This document shows, piece by piece, positions 1 to 9,726 of a stretch of DNA of 64,000 bases. Every line of letters begins with the position of its first letter. Within the stretch, counting starts at the first letter, position 1. Origin of the DNA: Minisyncoccia bacterium (GTDB taxonomy: Bacteria > Patescibacteriota > Minisyncoccia > Phycocordibacterales > CSBR16-119); NCBI GenBank assembly GCA_047619465.1, contig JBLHJW010000001.1, positions 8,911 through 72,910 on the forward strand. The letters run 5' to 3'. A program made the position numbers and the translations under genes. The notes beneath the pieces were generated by a model. That model saw only the letters and a program-made list of their open reading frames with translations, was not told the origin of the DNA and did not search any database.

Positions 1-1107
1 AATTTCCTCTAGGACAACTCCACCATCTGAAACCACAGATCTGTTGTAACCCATAAGTCCTTGAATGTTTACTGGCATAGCCTTTAGAAAGTGGACTATC
101 AACTTTCTCTCTTCTTTTGTAATTGAATGAACTTTTTTATCTGTATCAAAACCAAGCTCGCCTATAGTTGCCTCAGCAAGTCCTTCTGGAGCAATTTCTA
201 AATAGACATTTTTAAAATCTTTATTTTTATTATCATCAAAAATCTTTGTAATTCTCTTCTCCAATGAAGGAAATTCTGTATCTGGGAAAGCATCAATACG
301 AGCTGTGACACGTGACCATTCCAGAAGCTCTTTAACCTCTGAAGATGAATTAAGGATTAACGGACCAGAGAGTCCAAAATGTGTGAAAAGAACCTTTCCT
401 GTTTTAGAAAACATTTTCTTTTCGTCTGCATAGAAAGAGATGTTCATAAAAGACAATGAGGTTCCAGAAAGTTCCTTCACCCATGAAGTGTCAGACTCTA
501 GTGGGACAATATTGGGAGTTGGGTTCTTTGTTGTGTGGCCCATTTTTGCAAGCCACTTGAAACCGTCTCCTGTAGAACCAGTCTCAGGGTGAGATGAACC
601 ACCAGTGGCAAAAATGTACGAGTCTGCTGTGAATTCTGTATCCTTACTCTGAACAGATATAACTTTTCCGTGTCTTGCTTTTACTTTTATTACTCCATGA
701 CTTTTCAGAACAGAGACGTTCTGGCTGTGTATAAATTTCTCCATAACTTTGTATACATCAAAAGCTCTTTGAGTTTTTGGAAACGCACGTTTACGAGCTT
801 CTACAACCAAAGGAAGCCCTCGACTTTCAAAAAACTTGAAGGTGTCCTCTACACCAAATTGAGAGAATGAAGAATAAAGAAACTTCTCTGCCTTACTATA
901 GTGCTTTAGAAGCGTTCGCTCATCGTACTCAGCATTTGTTATATTGCATCTTCCACCTCCAGTGATTTTTAGTTTCTTACCGAGCTCTCTATTTTTCTCT
1001 AATATCAAAACACGCTTTCCCCGTTCAGCCGCAACACCAGCCGCCATTAAACCGCTGGAACCACCGCCAACCACAATCACGTCGTAATGTGTAGAATACT
1101 TTTGCAT
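1..1107 (-). CDS. HI0933-family FAD-dependent flavoprotein (BaiN/YhiN-like), 3' end runs off the window
   Basis: Minus-strand translation from the ATG at 1107 reads MQKYSTHYDVIVVGGGSSGLMAAG... (GxGxxG FAD fold), then ...ITGGGRCN... and ...GLSGPLIL..., which are hallmarks of this family. It is missing from the ORF track because it is truncated by the window edge. Confidence 0.6.
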   Translation of the reverse strand, partial: MQKYSTHYDVIVVGGGSSGLMAAGVAAERGKRVLILEKNRELGKKLKITGGGRCNITNAEYDERTLLKHYSKAEKFLYSSFSQFGVEDTFKFFESRGLPLVVEARKRAFPKTQRAFDVYKVMEKFIHSQNVSVLKSHGVIKVKARHGKVISVQSKDTEFTADSYIFATGGSSHPETGSTGDGFKWLAKMGHTTKNPTPNIVPLESDTSWVKELSGTSLSFMNISFYADEKKMFSKTGKVLFTHFGLSGPLILNSSSEVKELLEWSRVTARIDAFPDTEFPSLEKRITKIFDDNKNKDFKNVYLEIAPEGLAEATIGELGFDTDKKVHSITKEERKLIVHFLKAMPVNIQGLMGYNRSVVSDGGVVLEEI

Positions 1108-1140
1108 GTTTTTGTTATAAATTATAAAAAAGAAATAGAT

Positions 1141-2922
1141 CTATGCTTTTTTCTTTTTTCTATCCCCTTCTTTTAGAAATTGCTTGCGCAATCTAATTGC
1201 ATCTGGTGTAACCTCTAGATACTCATCTTCTCGCATCACTCCTAGAGCTCTCTCTAAGGTTAGATCTGCTGCTGGAATTAGCTTGATTTGCTCATCATTA
1301 CCAGAAGACCGCATGTTTGTAAGTTGTTTTCCCTTTGTTGGGTTAACAGACATGTCTTCTCCTTTTACAGTGTAGCCAATAACCATTCCTTCATATATTT
1401 CTGCGTTTTGAGAAATATATAGAACACCTCTATCTTGCAATGTTGCAATAGAGAAACCAAGAGCCTTTCCTGTGGCCATAGAAATCATAGAACCAAATTC
1501 TGTTTTCTTTATCACTCCTGCGTATGGCTGAAAACTTGAGAACACGGTGGTAAGAATTCCTTCTCCTTTTGTGTCTACAATAAACTCATTTCGATACCCT
1601 AGAAGCCCCCTAGTTGGAATATCAAACACCAATCGAGTCTGGCCATTCTTTGTTTCCATGCTAGACATAACACCTCTTCGGTTTCCAAGTTTCTCAATAA
1701 TAGATCCAGAGAACTCTTCAGGAACAAGGATTGTTGCTTCTTCGTAGGGCTCGCTCTTTACTCCATCTACATCTTTTACAATAACCTTTGGAGATGACAC
1801 GGCCAACTCAAAGCCTTCTCTTCGCATATTTTCAATAAGAATAGCTAGGTGGAGTTCACCTCGTCCGAATATTTGAAATTTAGCTTGATCTGAAAAGTCC
1901 ACTTTTAGACCTACATTGATCTCAAGCTCTTTCTCGAGTCTCTCTCGAATCTGTCGTGAAGTAAGTAGTTTTCCAACTTTTCCAGCAAATGGAGAGTCGT
2001 TAATAAACATAAAGATAGATATTGTTGGCTCGTCAATTGCAATAGCTGGCATAGCAGTTCCTGCTTCATCCATAAGCATTGTGTGTCCAATGTAAATTTC
2101 TGGAATACCAGAGAACATCACAATATCTCCAGATACAGCCTCGTCAACTTCTTTTCTAGTTAGTCCTTCAAAAGTAAATAGTTTTGCAATCTTACCTTTG
2201 AAAGTTTTCCCTTCTGAGTCTTTGATAGTCATTACCTCTCCTTTTTTTAGGATACCTTCGTACACTCGGCATATTCCGAGCCTTCCTAGGAAGTTATCAT
2301 ATCCTAGGTTGAACACTTGAGCTTTCAGAGATTTCTCACTCGCACTCGCTGGAATAGCTTCTACTTCTTCTAGAACCAAATCCAAAATAGGGTCAAGATT
2401 TTCCATCTTCACATCCATGCTTCGAGAAGCAACTCCATCTTTACCAATAGCAAAAACAGTTTTGAAGTCCAACTGTTCTTCAGTCGCACCAAGCTCAAAG
2501 AAGAGTTCGTATACTGCATTTTCTGCCCACTTCACATCAGCTGCGGGTTTATCAATTTTATTTAAAATAAGAATAGGTTTTAGTCCAAGTTCAAGAGATT
2601 TCTTCAAAACAAACTTTGTCTGAGGCATTGGCCCCTCAGCAGCATCTACAACAAGAAGTACTGAGTCTACAGAACGAAGAACTCGCTCCACCTCCGAACC
2701 AAAGTCAGCATGGCCTGGAGTGTCCAGAATATTGATCTTTGTACCTTTATATAGGACTGAAGTATTCTTGGCGTAGATAGTAATTCCACGCTCTTTTTCT
2801 AGATCGTTTGAATCCATAGATACACCCTTTTCAACCATTCCTGTCTGGTCCAAAAAAGCATCTGTAAGAGTTGTCTTACCGTGGTCTACGTGAGCTATAA
2901 TTGCAATGTTTCGAATTTCCAT
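1141..2922 (-). CDS. typA: translational GTPase TypA/BipA
   Basis: 593 aa. The N-terminus is [17 protein letters not shown], with DTPGHADF and NKIDK G-motifs. Length and domain order match BipA rather than EF-G or LepA. Confidence 0.85.
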   Translation of the reverse strand: MEIRNIAIIAHVDHGKTTLTDAFLDQTGMVEKGVSMDSNDLEKERGITIYAKNTSVLYKGTKINILDTPGHADFGSEVERVLRSVDSVLLVVDAAEGPMPQTKFVLKKSLELGLKPILILNKIDKPAADVKWAENAVYELFFELGATEEQLDFKTVFAIGKDGVASRSMDVKMENLDPILDLVLEEVEAIPASASEKSLKAQVFNLGYDNFLGRLGICRVYEGILKKGEVMTIKDSEGKTFKGKIAKLFTFEGLTRKEVDEAVSGDIVMFSGIPEIYIGHTMLMDEAGTAMPAIAIDEPTISIFMFINDSPFAGKVGKLLTSRQIRERLEKELEINVGLKVDFSDQAKFQIFGRGELHLAILIENMRREGFELAVSSPKVIVKDVDGVKSEPYEEATILVPEEFSGSIIEKLGNRRGVMSSMETKNGQTRLVFDIPTRGLLGYRNEFIVDTKGEGILTTVFSSFQPYAGVIKKTEFGSMISMATGKALGFSIATLQDRGVLYISQNAEIYEGMVIGYTVKGEDMSVNPTKGKQLTNMRSSGNDEQIKLIPAADLTLERALGVMREDEYLEVTPDAIRLRKQFLKEGDRKKKKA

Positions 2923-3150
2923 AATTTCTAGTGAGAACTAATGGGAAGCTCGCTTGCATATTATTCGAAAGACGAAATTATATGAGACGAGACACCTACC
3001 GAGCGCTCTTATAAATATTTAAATAAGTAATGTTTTGATAATAATTGGACTAAAAAAGTGCCCATTTCTGGACACCGCCATAGAAAATAGGATAGCACAA
3101 GAGCACCAAAAAAGCTATGGAATTGACTTAAGACAGAGGATGGGTTAGAT

Positions 3151-3885
3151 TTGAATAAAATAAAGCCCAGAACAATGACTAATAAAATACTACTCAAAAA
3201 GAGATTCTTTGTAGTAATTCACACTCTCACGAACGGCCTTGACCATGCAGTAAAAGAAACCAAGGTGGCAAAAGAAAATGGAGCTGACGGAGTATTTCTT
3301 ATCCATGACTATGAAAAGGGGAAATCCAAGATGGCAACAACCGATGACCAGCTTAGATATGTAGCAGCTTTAAAAAAGATATTTCCTGATTTTATGATTG
3401 GAGTAAATTTTCTTAAAAATCCAGCCTTCTTTGCAGATAAAGTCTATCAACTCAACCCAAGTCTAATACAAGAAGATGGCTTATCTGTACTCAAATTAAA
3501 CAGAAAAGATTTACCACAAACGGAGTTCTTCTGTGGTGTAGCATTCAAGTATTCAAATAATGTAAACCTAACCGGAGAAAAATTGAAAACGCACTGTGAC
3601 CAAATTGCACAGGACTCAGACGTTCCAACAACAAGTGGAGATGCTACAGGAAGTTCCGCCAATTTAGAAAAAATTAGAGAAATAAGACACTATCTTCCTC
3701 CAGAGAAAAGACTCGGCTTGGCAAGTGGAGTTACAGAGGAAAACATACACTCCTATCTTAAGGCTGGGGTTACTGACTTTTTGGTTGCAACATCATTAAT
3801 TCATCATGTTGATGAAAATGATTTTGACATATTGGACCCACTAAAGGTTTCAAAATTATCTGAGATTATACACTCGTACAATTAA
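3151..3885 (+). CDS. TIM-barrel protein, possibly BtpA/SgcQ-like (weak)
   Basis: 244 aa. Alternating beta/alpha pattern with a Gly-rich phosphate-binding-like segment (SGDATGSS...GLASGV). No definitive motif, and the true start is probably an internal Met. Confidence 0.3.
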   Translation: MNKIKPRTMTNKILLKKRFFVVIHTLTNGLDHAVKETKVAKENGADGVFLIHDYEKGKSKMATTDDQLRYVAALKKIFPDFMIGVNFLKNPAFFADKVYQLNPSLIQEDGLSVLKLNRKDLPQTEFFCGVAFKYSNNVNLTGEKLKTHCDQIAQDSDVPTTSGDATGSSANLEKIREIRHYLPPEKRLGLASGVTEENIHSYLKAGVTDFLVATSLIHHVDENDFDILDPLKVSKLSEIIHSYN

Positions 3886-3889
3886 TAAA

Positions 3890-3919
3890 ATACCCGCCTA
3901 GGCGGGTATTTTTATTTTT
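3890..3919. terminator. bidirectional intrinsic terminator shared by the convergent genes 3151..3885(+) and htpX(-)
   Basis: Perfect hairpin ATACCCGCC-TA-GGCGGGTAT flanked by an A-run on the 5' side and a T-run on the 3' side. Confidence 0.6.
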
Positions 3920-4787
3920 GTCGCAGCCTCTTAATCCTCTCCTCTACAGGAGGGTGTGTAGCGAACAAACTTTTCTTCTTTCCAAATGGGTTTGAGATGA
4001 ACAAGTGGGCAGTTGCCTTGCTTGTCTTCTTCATCTTGCCACCGTGTTCTGATATCTTCTCAAGAGCGCTTGCAAGGCCTTCTGGATATCGTGTTAGAAG
4101 TGACCCTGTAGCATCTGCTAAGTATTCCCTTTTTCGTGAAATGGCCATCTTTATAAGCATTGCAACAATAGGAGAAAGCACCATCAATACTATCCCAATA
4201 ATCATAATAGCCGACCCTCCTTTTCCATTACCATCTCTACTCCGTCCCCCACCCCAAAACATACTTCTAAGAAATATATCAGAAGCTAGCGCAAGAAATC
4301 CTACAAGCACTACGACCACGGTCATTACTAGAACATCTCTGTTTCCTATGTGAGACATCTCATGAGCGAGCACCCCCTCGAGCTCATTTTTCTCTAGCAA
4401 GCCCAAAAGTCCTGTCGTTACAGCTATCGCTGAGTGCTCTGGATCACGGCCTGTTGCAAAAGCGTTTGGTGCAGCGTCTTCTATTATATACACCTTGGGA
4501 TTTGGCAGCCCAGCAGTTATTGCTAGGTTTTCAGTGAGAGTATATAGATCGAAGTATTTTTCTCGAGAAGCTTCTTTGGCGCCCGATATTTTCAAAGCAA
4601 TCTTATCTGACTTCCAGTAACTCACGCCAACTTGAACAAAGGCAATCACTACAGCGATAATCAAAATCTCTGGTGCGCCATAGTAGTATGAGAGAAAATA
4701 ACCTATCCCAATAACCAAAACCAAAAAACCAGTCATTAAAAACCACGTTTTCCGTATATTTTCTGTTTGATGGGTGTATAGGGTCAT
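3912..4787 (-). CDS. htpX: zinc metalloprotease HtpX (M48 family)
   Basis: N-terminal TM helices, an HEMSH (HExxH) motif and a downstream EYxAD-like region. Length is ~290 aa. Confidence 0.8.
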   Translation of the reverse strand: MTLYTHQTENIRKTWFLMTGFLVLVIGIGYFLSYYYGAPEILIIAVVIAFVQVGVSYWKSDKIALKISGAKEASREKYFDLYTLTENLAITAGLPNPKVYIIEDAAPNAFATGRDPEHSAIAVTTGLLGLLEKNELEGVLAHEMSHIGNRDVLVMTVVVVLVGFLALASDIFLRSMFWGGGRSRDGNGKGGSAIMIIGIVLMVLSPIVAMLIKMAISRKREYLADATGSLLTRYPEGLASALEKISEHGGKMKKTSKATAHLFISNPFGKKKSLFATHPPVEERIKRLRQK

Positions 4788-5050
4788 GTTATATATATTC
4801 CTAGCCAGGTTGTCTCAATCTTCGTATCCACCACTTGATGAGGTGTGTTTTTAGCAAAAAAAAATAGAGTCTCCATTCTTCAGTTCGTTGTTCTTTTCAC
4901 CGACAATTATTGTTGACTCTCCCTTAATTAAATAAACCCACTCATCATTTTGACTACTAAAAACCTTACTTGAAAAACCCTTCGAAGACGTAATCCTTTT
5001 TACTTTCAACTTATCATTTTTGAAGAGTTATTCAAACTTCTCCACATGGA

Positions 5051-5635
5051 TTAGAACTCCACATTCACATTTTCTCTTTGTTCTTGATTGTCTTCTAGGT
5101 CGAAGAACTCTCGTTTTGCAAAGCTAAACATTCCAGCAATTATATTTGACGGGAACATTTCGATTTTCATATTTAGATCTCGTACATTTGCATTATAGAA
5201 ACGCCTAGATGCTTGAATCTTGTTTTCTGTATCTGATAGCTCTCTTTGAAGTTCTTTGAAGTTGTCGTTCGCCTTTAGGTCTGGATAGTTTTCAGAGATC
5301 GCTAGAAGTTTCCCAAGTGACTGAGTTAGACCGGCTTCAGCTCCTGCCATGGCTTTCATTGCTTCTGGTGTCATGTCTCCTACCTCTACATGCATTTGTG
5401 TGGCTGCGGCTCGCGCCTCTGTAACCTTTGTAAATACTCCCTCCTCATGAGCGGCGTAACCTTTTACAGTGTTTATAAGATTTGGAATCAAATCATACCG
5501 ACGCTTTAGTTGGACGTCTATATCTGCCCAAGCCTCTTCAGCTCGAGTTCTTAGCCTTACAAAGCTGTTATATCCCCCAACAAACCAAAGGACTCCAATA
5601 AAAACAATAGCAACAATAATATATAAAATAGTCAT
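5051..5635 (-). CDS. lemA: LemA family protein
   Basis: 194 aa. N-terminal TM segment followed by the conserved LemA core (GGYNSFVRLRT...AWADIDVQLKRRYDLIPNL). Confidence 0.75.
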   Translation of the reverse strand: MTILYIIVAIVFIGVLWFVGGYNSFVRLRTRAEEAWADIDVQLKRRYDLIPNLINTVKGYAAHEEGVFTKVTEARAAATQMHVEVGDMTPEAMKAMAGAEAGLTQSLGKLLAISENYPDLKANDNFKELQRELSDTENKIQASRRFYNANVRDLNMKIEMFPSNIIAGMFSFAKREFFDLEDNQEQRENVNVEF

Positions 5636-5689
5636 AGTTTTAGTTAATTAGATTTAATAGCAATACATACATTATATTATGATATAGGG

Positions 5690-5722
5690 TAAAACAAAAG
5701 CCCTGCTGAAGGCAGGGCTTTT
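5690..5722 (-). terminator. intrinsic terminator downstream of secF
   Basis: Hairpin AAGCCCTGC-TGAAG-GCAGGGCTT followed on the minus strand by TTTTGTTTT. Confidence 0.55.
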
Positions 5723-5745
5723 ACAAATACTTAATTTAAGTAAGT

Positions 5746-6633
5746 CTAAGCCTCTTTTTTCTGAAGAACCACTAGAAGTGGACTTGCTAGGAAGATAGAT
5801 GAGTATGTTCCAAAAAGCATTCCAAAGGCCAGAGTCAGAGCAAAGGTCTGGATTGATGATGGTCCAAAGAAGAACAGAGCAAGAAGAACAATAATAGTAG
5901 AAATAGACGTATTGATTGATCTCGTTATTGTCTGCTTTAGACTGTTTCCAACAACCTCTCCAAAGTCCCCCATTTTCTTTCCTCGAAGATTTTCACGAAC
6001 TCGGTCAAACACCACAATGGTATCGTTTACAGATAGTCCAAGCACCGTAAGAAGCGCCACCACAAAGAGTGAGTCTGCTGTCGCTCCAGTAAACTGCGAA
6101 ACAAGGACAAACACACCTGAGGTAAGAACTACATCATGCACAAGCGCCACAACCGCAATAAATCCATACTTCCATGAAGAAACCGGTTCTGAAACATGGC
6201 GGAAAGCATAGGCAACAAAGATTATGATTGCCAAAGCAACAATGATCAGTGCCCATGTAGCCTTTCGAGCAAGCTCCTTTCCTAGCGATGGACCAATAGA
6301 TGTAAATGAGACTTCCTCTGTGATGTATTCTCCTCCAAGAGTTAAGGTTTCAAATATTTCAACACGTTCAACTTCTTTTAGGTCTCGGCTTTTTAAAAAT
6401 ATACCAAGATCTTCAGTAGGAAGAACAGTCACGAAGTCATATCCTTTTTCAGCAAGGGCGTCATTTATCAAAGATACATCCGGTCTTCCTTCTGGATAAT
6501 TTATCTCTGCAAGAGACCCTCCTGTAAAATCAATTCCTAGATTTAATCCAAAAACTGATACAAGAACAATACCTCCAGCAACCATAAAAGCTGATAGAGA
6601 AAGAAATAGTTTTCGATACTTTATTACAAACAT
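5746..6633 (-). CDS. secF: protein-export membrane protein SecF
   Basis: SecF-like TM topology. The longest ORF (to 6705) would overlap secD by 68 nt. The internal Met (MFVIKYRKLF...) at 6633 gives the usual secD-secF spacing, so the start is set there. Confidence 0.75.
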   Translation of the reverse strand: MFVIKYRKLFLSLSAFMVAGGIVLVSVFGLNLGIDFTGGSLAEINYPEGRPDVSLINDALAEKGYDFVTVLPTEDLGIFLKSRDLKEVERVEIFETLTLGGEYITEEVSFTSIGPSLGKELARKATWALIIVALAIIIFVAYAFRHVSEPVSSWKYGFIAVVALVHDVVLTSGVFVLVSQFTGATADSLFVVALLTVLGLSVNDTIVVFDRVRENLRGKKMGDFGEVVGNSLKQTITRSINTSISTIIVLLALFFFGPSSIQTFALTLAFGMLFGTYSSIFLASPLLVVLQKKEA

Positions 6634-6637
6634 ATAA

Positions 6638-7969
6638 TTATTTATTAAATCCTGTTCCGAATAATAGCCGACGAATTTTTCCATCTCGAGTGCTTGTGAA
6701 AGCATATAGAAGGAACCGAGTGATGGTAATAGCTGAAATCATGCTCACAAGAACTCCAAGACCGAAGGTCAAGGCAAATCCCTTTATAAGAGAAGAACCG
6801 AACCAGAACAGAATAACTGCAGTGATAAGGCTTGAGACATTTGAATCTCGAATAGAAAGCCAGGCTCTAGAGAAACCTTCTTTTAGTCCATCAAATGTAG
6901 ATCTTCCTCCTTTTATTTCCTCCTTCATTCTTTCAAAGATTAGAATATTGGCATCCACGGCTATTCCAAGGGAGATTATAAACCCAGCTATTCCGGCAGC
7001 GGTAAGTGTTACAGGGACAAGTTTAAATAATGCGAACATGATAGCCATATAGAATCCAAGAGCAACTATTGCAATAACTCCTGGCAATCGATACCAGAGG
7101 ATAAACAATACCGAAAGAATCAAGAATCCTACCATTCCAGCAAACAATCCCGCGTCGATAGCATCTGATCCAAGCGTAGCTCCGATAGTCTGAGTTGAAA
7201 TAAGCTCAATAGGAACAGGTAGAGCTCCAGAGTTTAATCGTCCTACAAGTTGCTTTGCTTCATCTGGTGTGAAGTTACCAGTGATTGTAGCTTGACCACC
7301 TGAGATAGAACTCTGAATTACAGGAGTTGAAATAGGTGCTCCATCAAGGAAGATCGCTAGAATCTCCCCAATGTTGTCTCCTGTTATTTCTTCAAACATG
7401 TCACCTCCTTCTTTATTGAATTGAAGTGCAATAATTGGTTGCCCACCAAGACCTCCTTGCCCACCGCCAGACTGAGTAAACTCAAGGCTAGCTCTATCAA
7501 GATACTTACCAGTAAGACCAGTACTTGTGTAGTACCCTTCAAGGTCTAGGGGGTCTTCTGCTCCAGAAGAAGCCAATTTAAATTCTAGTAGAGGGGTTTG
7601 TCCAATCATCTCCACAGCTTGGTTGATATCAGTCACCCCAGGCAGGTCAACAACAAGTCTATTTTCATTAAGACCAGCGATTGTTACCTCTTGTGTCTGA
7701 ACTTTAGTCTCTGCTACCCCAAAAAGGTTAACTCTTCGCTCTATAACATCACGAAGTGATTCCATAGAGTCCTTTATTTCAGATTCTGGGATCTCTGCTA
7801 CATCAGCCTTGTAAACCAAGTGAGTACCACCAGACAAGTCTAATCCTAGTTTAAAATCGAGCTTTCCGCTCGCATTAGCGTTTAATCCTGATTCGCTACT
7901 ATATACAAAAAATGCTACTGCTAATCCAGCGATCAGAATCAAAAATGCTATCAATCTGCGTTTAATCAT
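6638..7969 (-). CDS. secD: protein-export membrane protein SecD
   Basis: 443 aa. Signal/TM segment, periplasmic domain and C-terminal six-TM block, sitting immediately upstream of secF. Confidence 0.8.
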   Translation of the reverse strand: MIKRRLIAFLILIAGLAVAFFVYSSESGLNANASGKLDFKLGLDLSGGTHLVYKADVAEIPESEIKDSMESLRDVIERRVNLFGVAETKVQTQEVTIAGLNENRLVVDLPGVTDINQAVEMIGQTPLLEFKLASSGAEDPLDLEGYYTSTGLTGKYLDRASLEFTQSGGGQGGLGGQPIIALQFNKEGGDMFEEITGDNIGEILAIFLDGAPISTPVIQSSISGGQATITGNFTPDEAKQLVGRLNSGALPVPIELISTQTIGATLGSDAIDAGLFAGMVGFLILSVLFILWYRLPGVIAIVALGFYMAIMFALFKLVPVTLTAAGIAGFIISLGIAVDANILIFERMKEEIKGGRSTFDGLKEGFSRAWLSIRDSNVSSLITAVILFWFGSSLIKGFALTFGLGVLVSMISAITITRFLLYAFTSTRDGKIRRLLFGTGFNK

Positions 7970-8069
7970 TGGTACATAGTACTCTTTTTGAAGGTAAATT
8001 GAAAGATATTGACAGAAAGCAAAAAACCTTTATATTCCAACGATTTTATAGTGTTTACGAGTAAAAGAC

Positions 8070-8099
8070 TTGACAAGATTGATATAATAGTGATATAAT
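8070..8099 (+). promoter_or_regulatory. candidate sigma70-type promoter for the 8139..8576 gene
   Basis: TTGACA (8070-8075), an 18-nt spacer, then TATAAT (8094-8099), ~40 nt upstream of the ATG. Confidence 0.4.
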
Positions 8100-8138
8100 A
8101 TATATAACTAATAAGTACAAAAAAAACACAATCAAAAA

Positions 8139-8576
8139 ATGAGAACTACACTTGCACTCTTAATCACAGCATCTTTCCTAATGTTCCTTGTTGCATTCTT
8201 AGCACGTACTATAACAGAAGATGTTTTGGAGCCAGCATCCTTATTGACGACCTTAACATTCTCAATAGGAGTAAAGGGGGTCGCCATTACGGTAATGCTT
8301 GGATATGCCTCTTTGTTGATACAAGACTTGCCCAATAACACCACTGAAAAGTCAGGTATAGACAAAGTTTCCAGCGTATTTTTTAAAGGAACACTTGCTC
8401 TGTTATTTTTAATTATGTTCTCTATCCTCTTTACGATGGAGATACTGGGTCTGGCTAATCCGATTGAATATATGCAAGAGAATTTTTCCCATGCATTAAT
8501 TTGGTTTATTCTTGGGCTTGGCATATCGATTTTCCTTTCAAAAAAGAATAGGATCAACAAGATCGCCTTTTCTTAA
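8139..8576 (+). CDS. hypothetical small membrane protein
   Basis: 145 aa with four predicted TM helices and its own promoter and terminator. No recognisable family. Confidence 0.4.
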   Translation: MRTTLALLITASFLMFLVAFLARTITEDVLEPASLLTTLTFSIGVKGVAITVMLGYASLLIQDLPNNTTEKSGIDKVSSVFFKGTLALLFLIMFSILFTMEILGLANPIEYMQENFSHALIWFILGLGISIFLSKKNRINKIAFS

Positions 8577-8583
8577 TTAAACT

Positions 8584-8617
8584 AAAGCCCCGCCGTTTGG
8601 CGGGGCTTTCTTGTTTA
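8584..8617 (+). terminator. intrinsic terminator; copy 1 of a near-identical 35-nt hairpin element
   Basis: AAAGCCCCGCC-GTTT-GGCGGGGCTTT followed by CTTGTTT. It differs by one base from the element at 9178-9212. Confidence 0.6.
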
Positions 8618-8694
8618 TCTATTTCAATCATTGACAAATACTGTAAATCATGATAGTGTATAAGCAACATAAACAGTACAAAAAACTATAAAAC

Positions 8695-9162
8695 ATGAAA
8701 AAGAATTTTGTAGATTGCCTCATTGGATCACTATTTACATCCATTATTGCTAGTTTAATAATGGTGGGAGGAGTAGTTTATTTCCTAAATGGAGTAATAC
8801 CTTGGTTTGGAATGAGTGTAGTGTTAGGTGTAGTATTTTCCGCCTCTTTGATTGCTCTGGGCATAACCCTTCCAATAATTTTTAAAAGGATGGATGGTTC
8901 TACGTTCACAATTAAAAATGAAATGAACTTTACAGACTTGATAAGCAAAGGAACGAAGCTAGTTCTTGCTGGGGTGATTCCAAGCGAGGGATTAAAGGTG
9001 CAGGAAAAAGTTCTCTTCAGGATTGAAGGAAAGGACAATACTCTGTTTTTTTTCAGATCTCCAGACACTTTTACACTGGCAGGTGTTCAACCTGGAGCAA
9101 GGTTTAGATTGGAGATGAAACCTAAAGGAGGTTACACTGCTCATATTGAAGGAGAAGAATAA
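8695..9162 (+). CDS. hypothetical membrane protein
   Basis: 155 aa with N-terminal TM helices. No recognisable family. Confidence 0.4.
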   Translation: MKKNFVDCLIGSLFTSIIASLIMVGGVVYFLNGVIPWFGMSVVLGVVFSASLIALGITLPIIFKRMDGSTFTIKNEMNFTDLISKGTKLVLAGVIPSEGLKVQEKVLFRIEGKDNTLFFFRSPDTFTLAGVQPGARFRLEMKPKGGYTAHIEGEE

Positions 9163-9177
9163 TAGAAATAGATAAGT

Positions 9178-9212
9178 AAAAAGCCCCGCCATTTGGCGGG
9201 GCTTTCTTGTTT
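9178..9212. terminator. bidirectional intrinsic terminator; copy 2 of the 35-nt hairpin element
   Basis: AAAGCCCCGCC-ATTT-GGCGGGGCTTT with an A-run upstream and a T-rich tract downstream. It serves 8695..9162(+) and the minus-strand operon ending with the PAP2 gene. Confidence 0.6.
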
Positions 9213-9726
9213 ACTTTTTTATTAACCTATACATCAAGTAAGCAACAAGCCATCCGGCAAGAATATCTATCGGGTAGTGCACACCAGTTACGATTCGTGA
9301 GACTGAAAGGAGCGCGGCCATAAATATAAAAAACAGTCCCGCCTTCTTGTGGTACTTATATACAGCCAAAGCCATCGCCATGTAGAAAGCTGAATGACCA
9401 GATGGAAATGAGTCAAAAGTCCCCGGCATGGATAGCGGAGTAATGTCCAAAGTCAAATATGGCCTGGGAGCTGCAAACATAATTTTTAGAAAGGCAGTCA
9501 CAGCCCATGTTCCAAGAGGTATAAATATTAAAGACCTCCACTCTCTCAAATGCTGAGAAATCTCTCTGAAAATTGATTGAAAACCATGCTTATGGAAACT
9601 AACGAAAATCATTGAAGATAGCATTATCGCCACTCCAAACCATCCAGCCAAGAAAAGCCAAATTTCCGGTCCATTTACTGACAGAGAGTGTATATATAAA
9701 AATAGATTTGTGTTTAATTCGTACAT
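9211..9726 (-). CDS. PAP2-family phosphatase (undecaprenyl-diphosphatase-like)
   Basis: Multi-TM protein carrying the PAP2 signature PSGHS...SRxxxGVHYPxD. Confidence 0.7.
   Translation of the reverse strand: MYELNTNLFLYIHSLSVNGPEIWLFLAGWFGVAIMLSSMIFVSFHKHGFQSIFREISQHLREWRSLIFIPLGTWAVTAFLKIMFAAPRPYLTLDITPLSMPGTFDSFPSGHSAFYMAMALAVYKYHKKAGLFFIFMAALLSVSRIVTGVHYPIDILAGWLVAYLMYRLIKK

Noticed and set aside
670-870. Plus-strand ORFs embedded antisense in long minus-strand genes (e.g. 670..870, 1184..1375, 6690..7052, 33105..33641, 34134..34796, 55296..56072, 56356..57626).
   Set aside because: Each lies fully inside a well-supported gene on the opposite strand, has no independent start or RBS context, and has an atypical composition driven by the sense gene (e.g. 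the S/T/A-rich giant protein gene). They are treated as overprinting artefacts.
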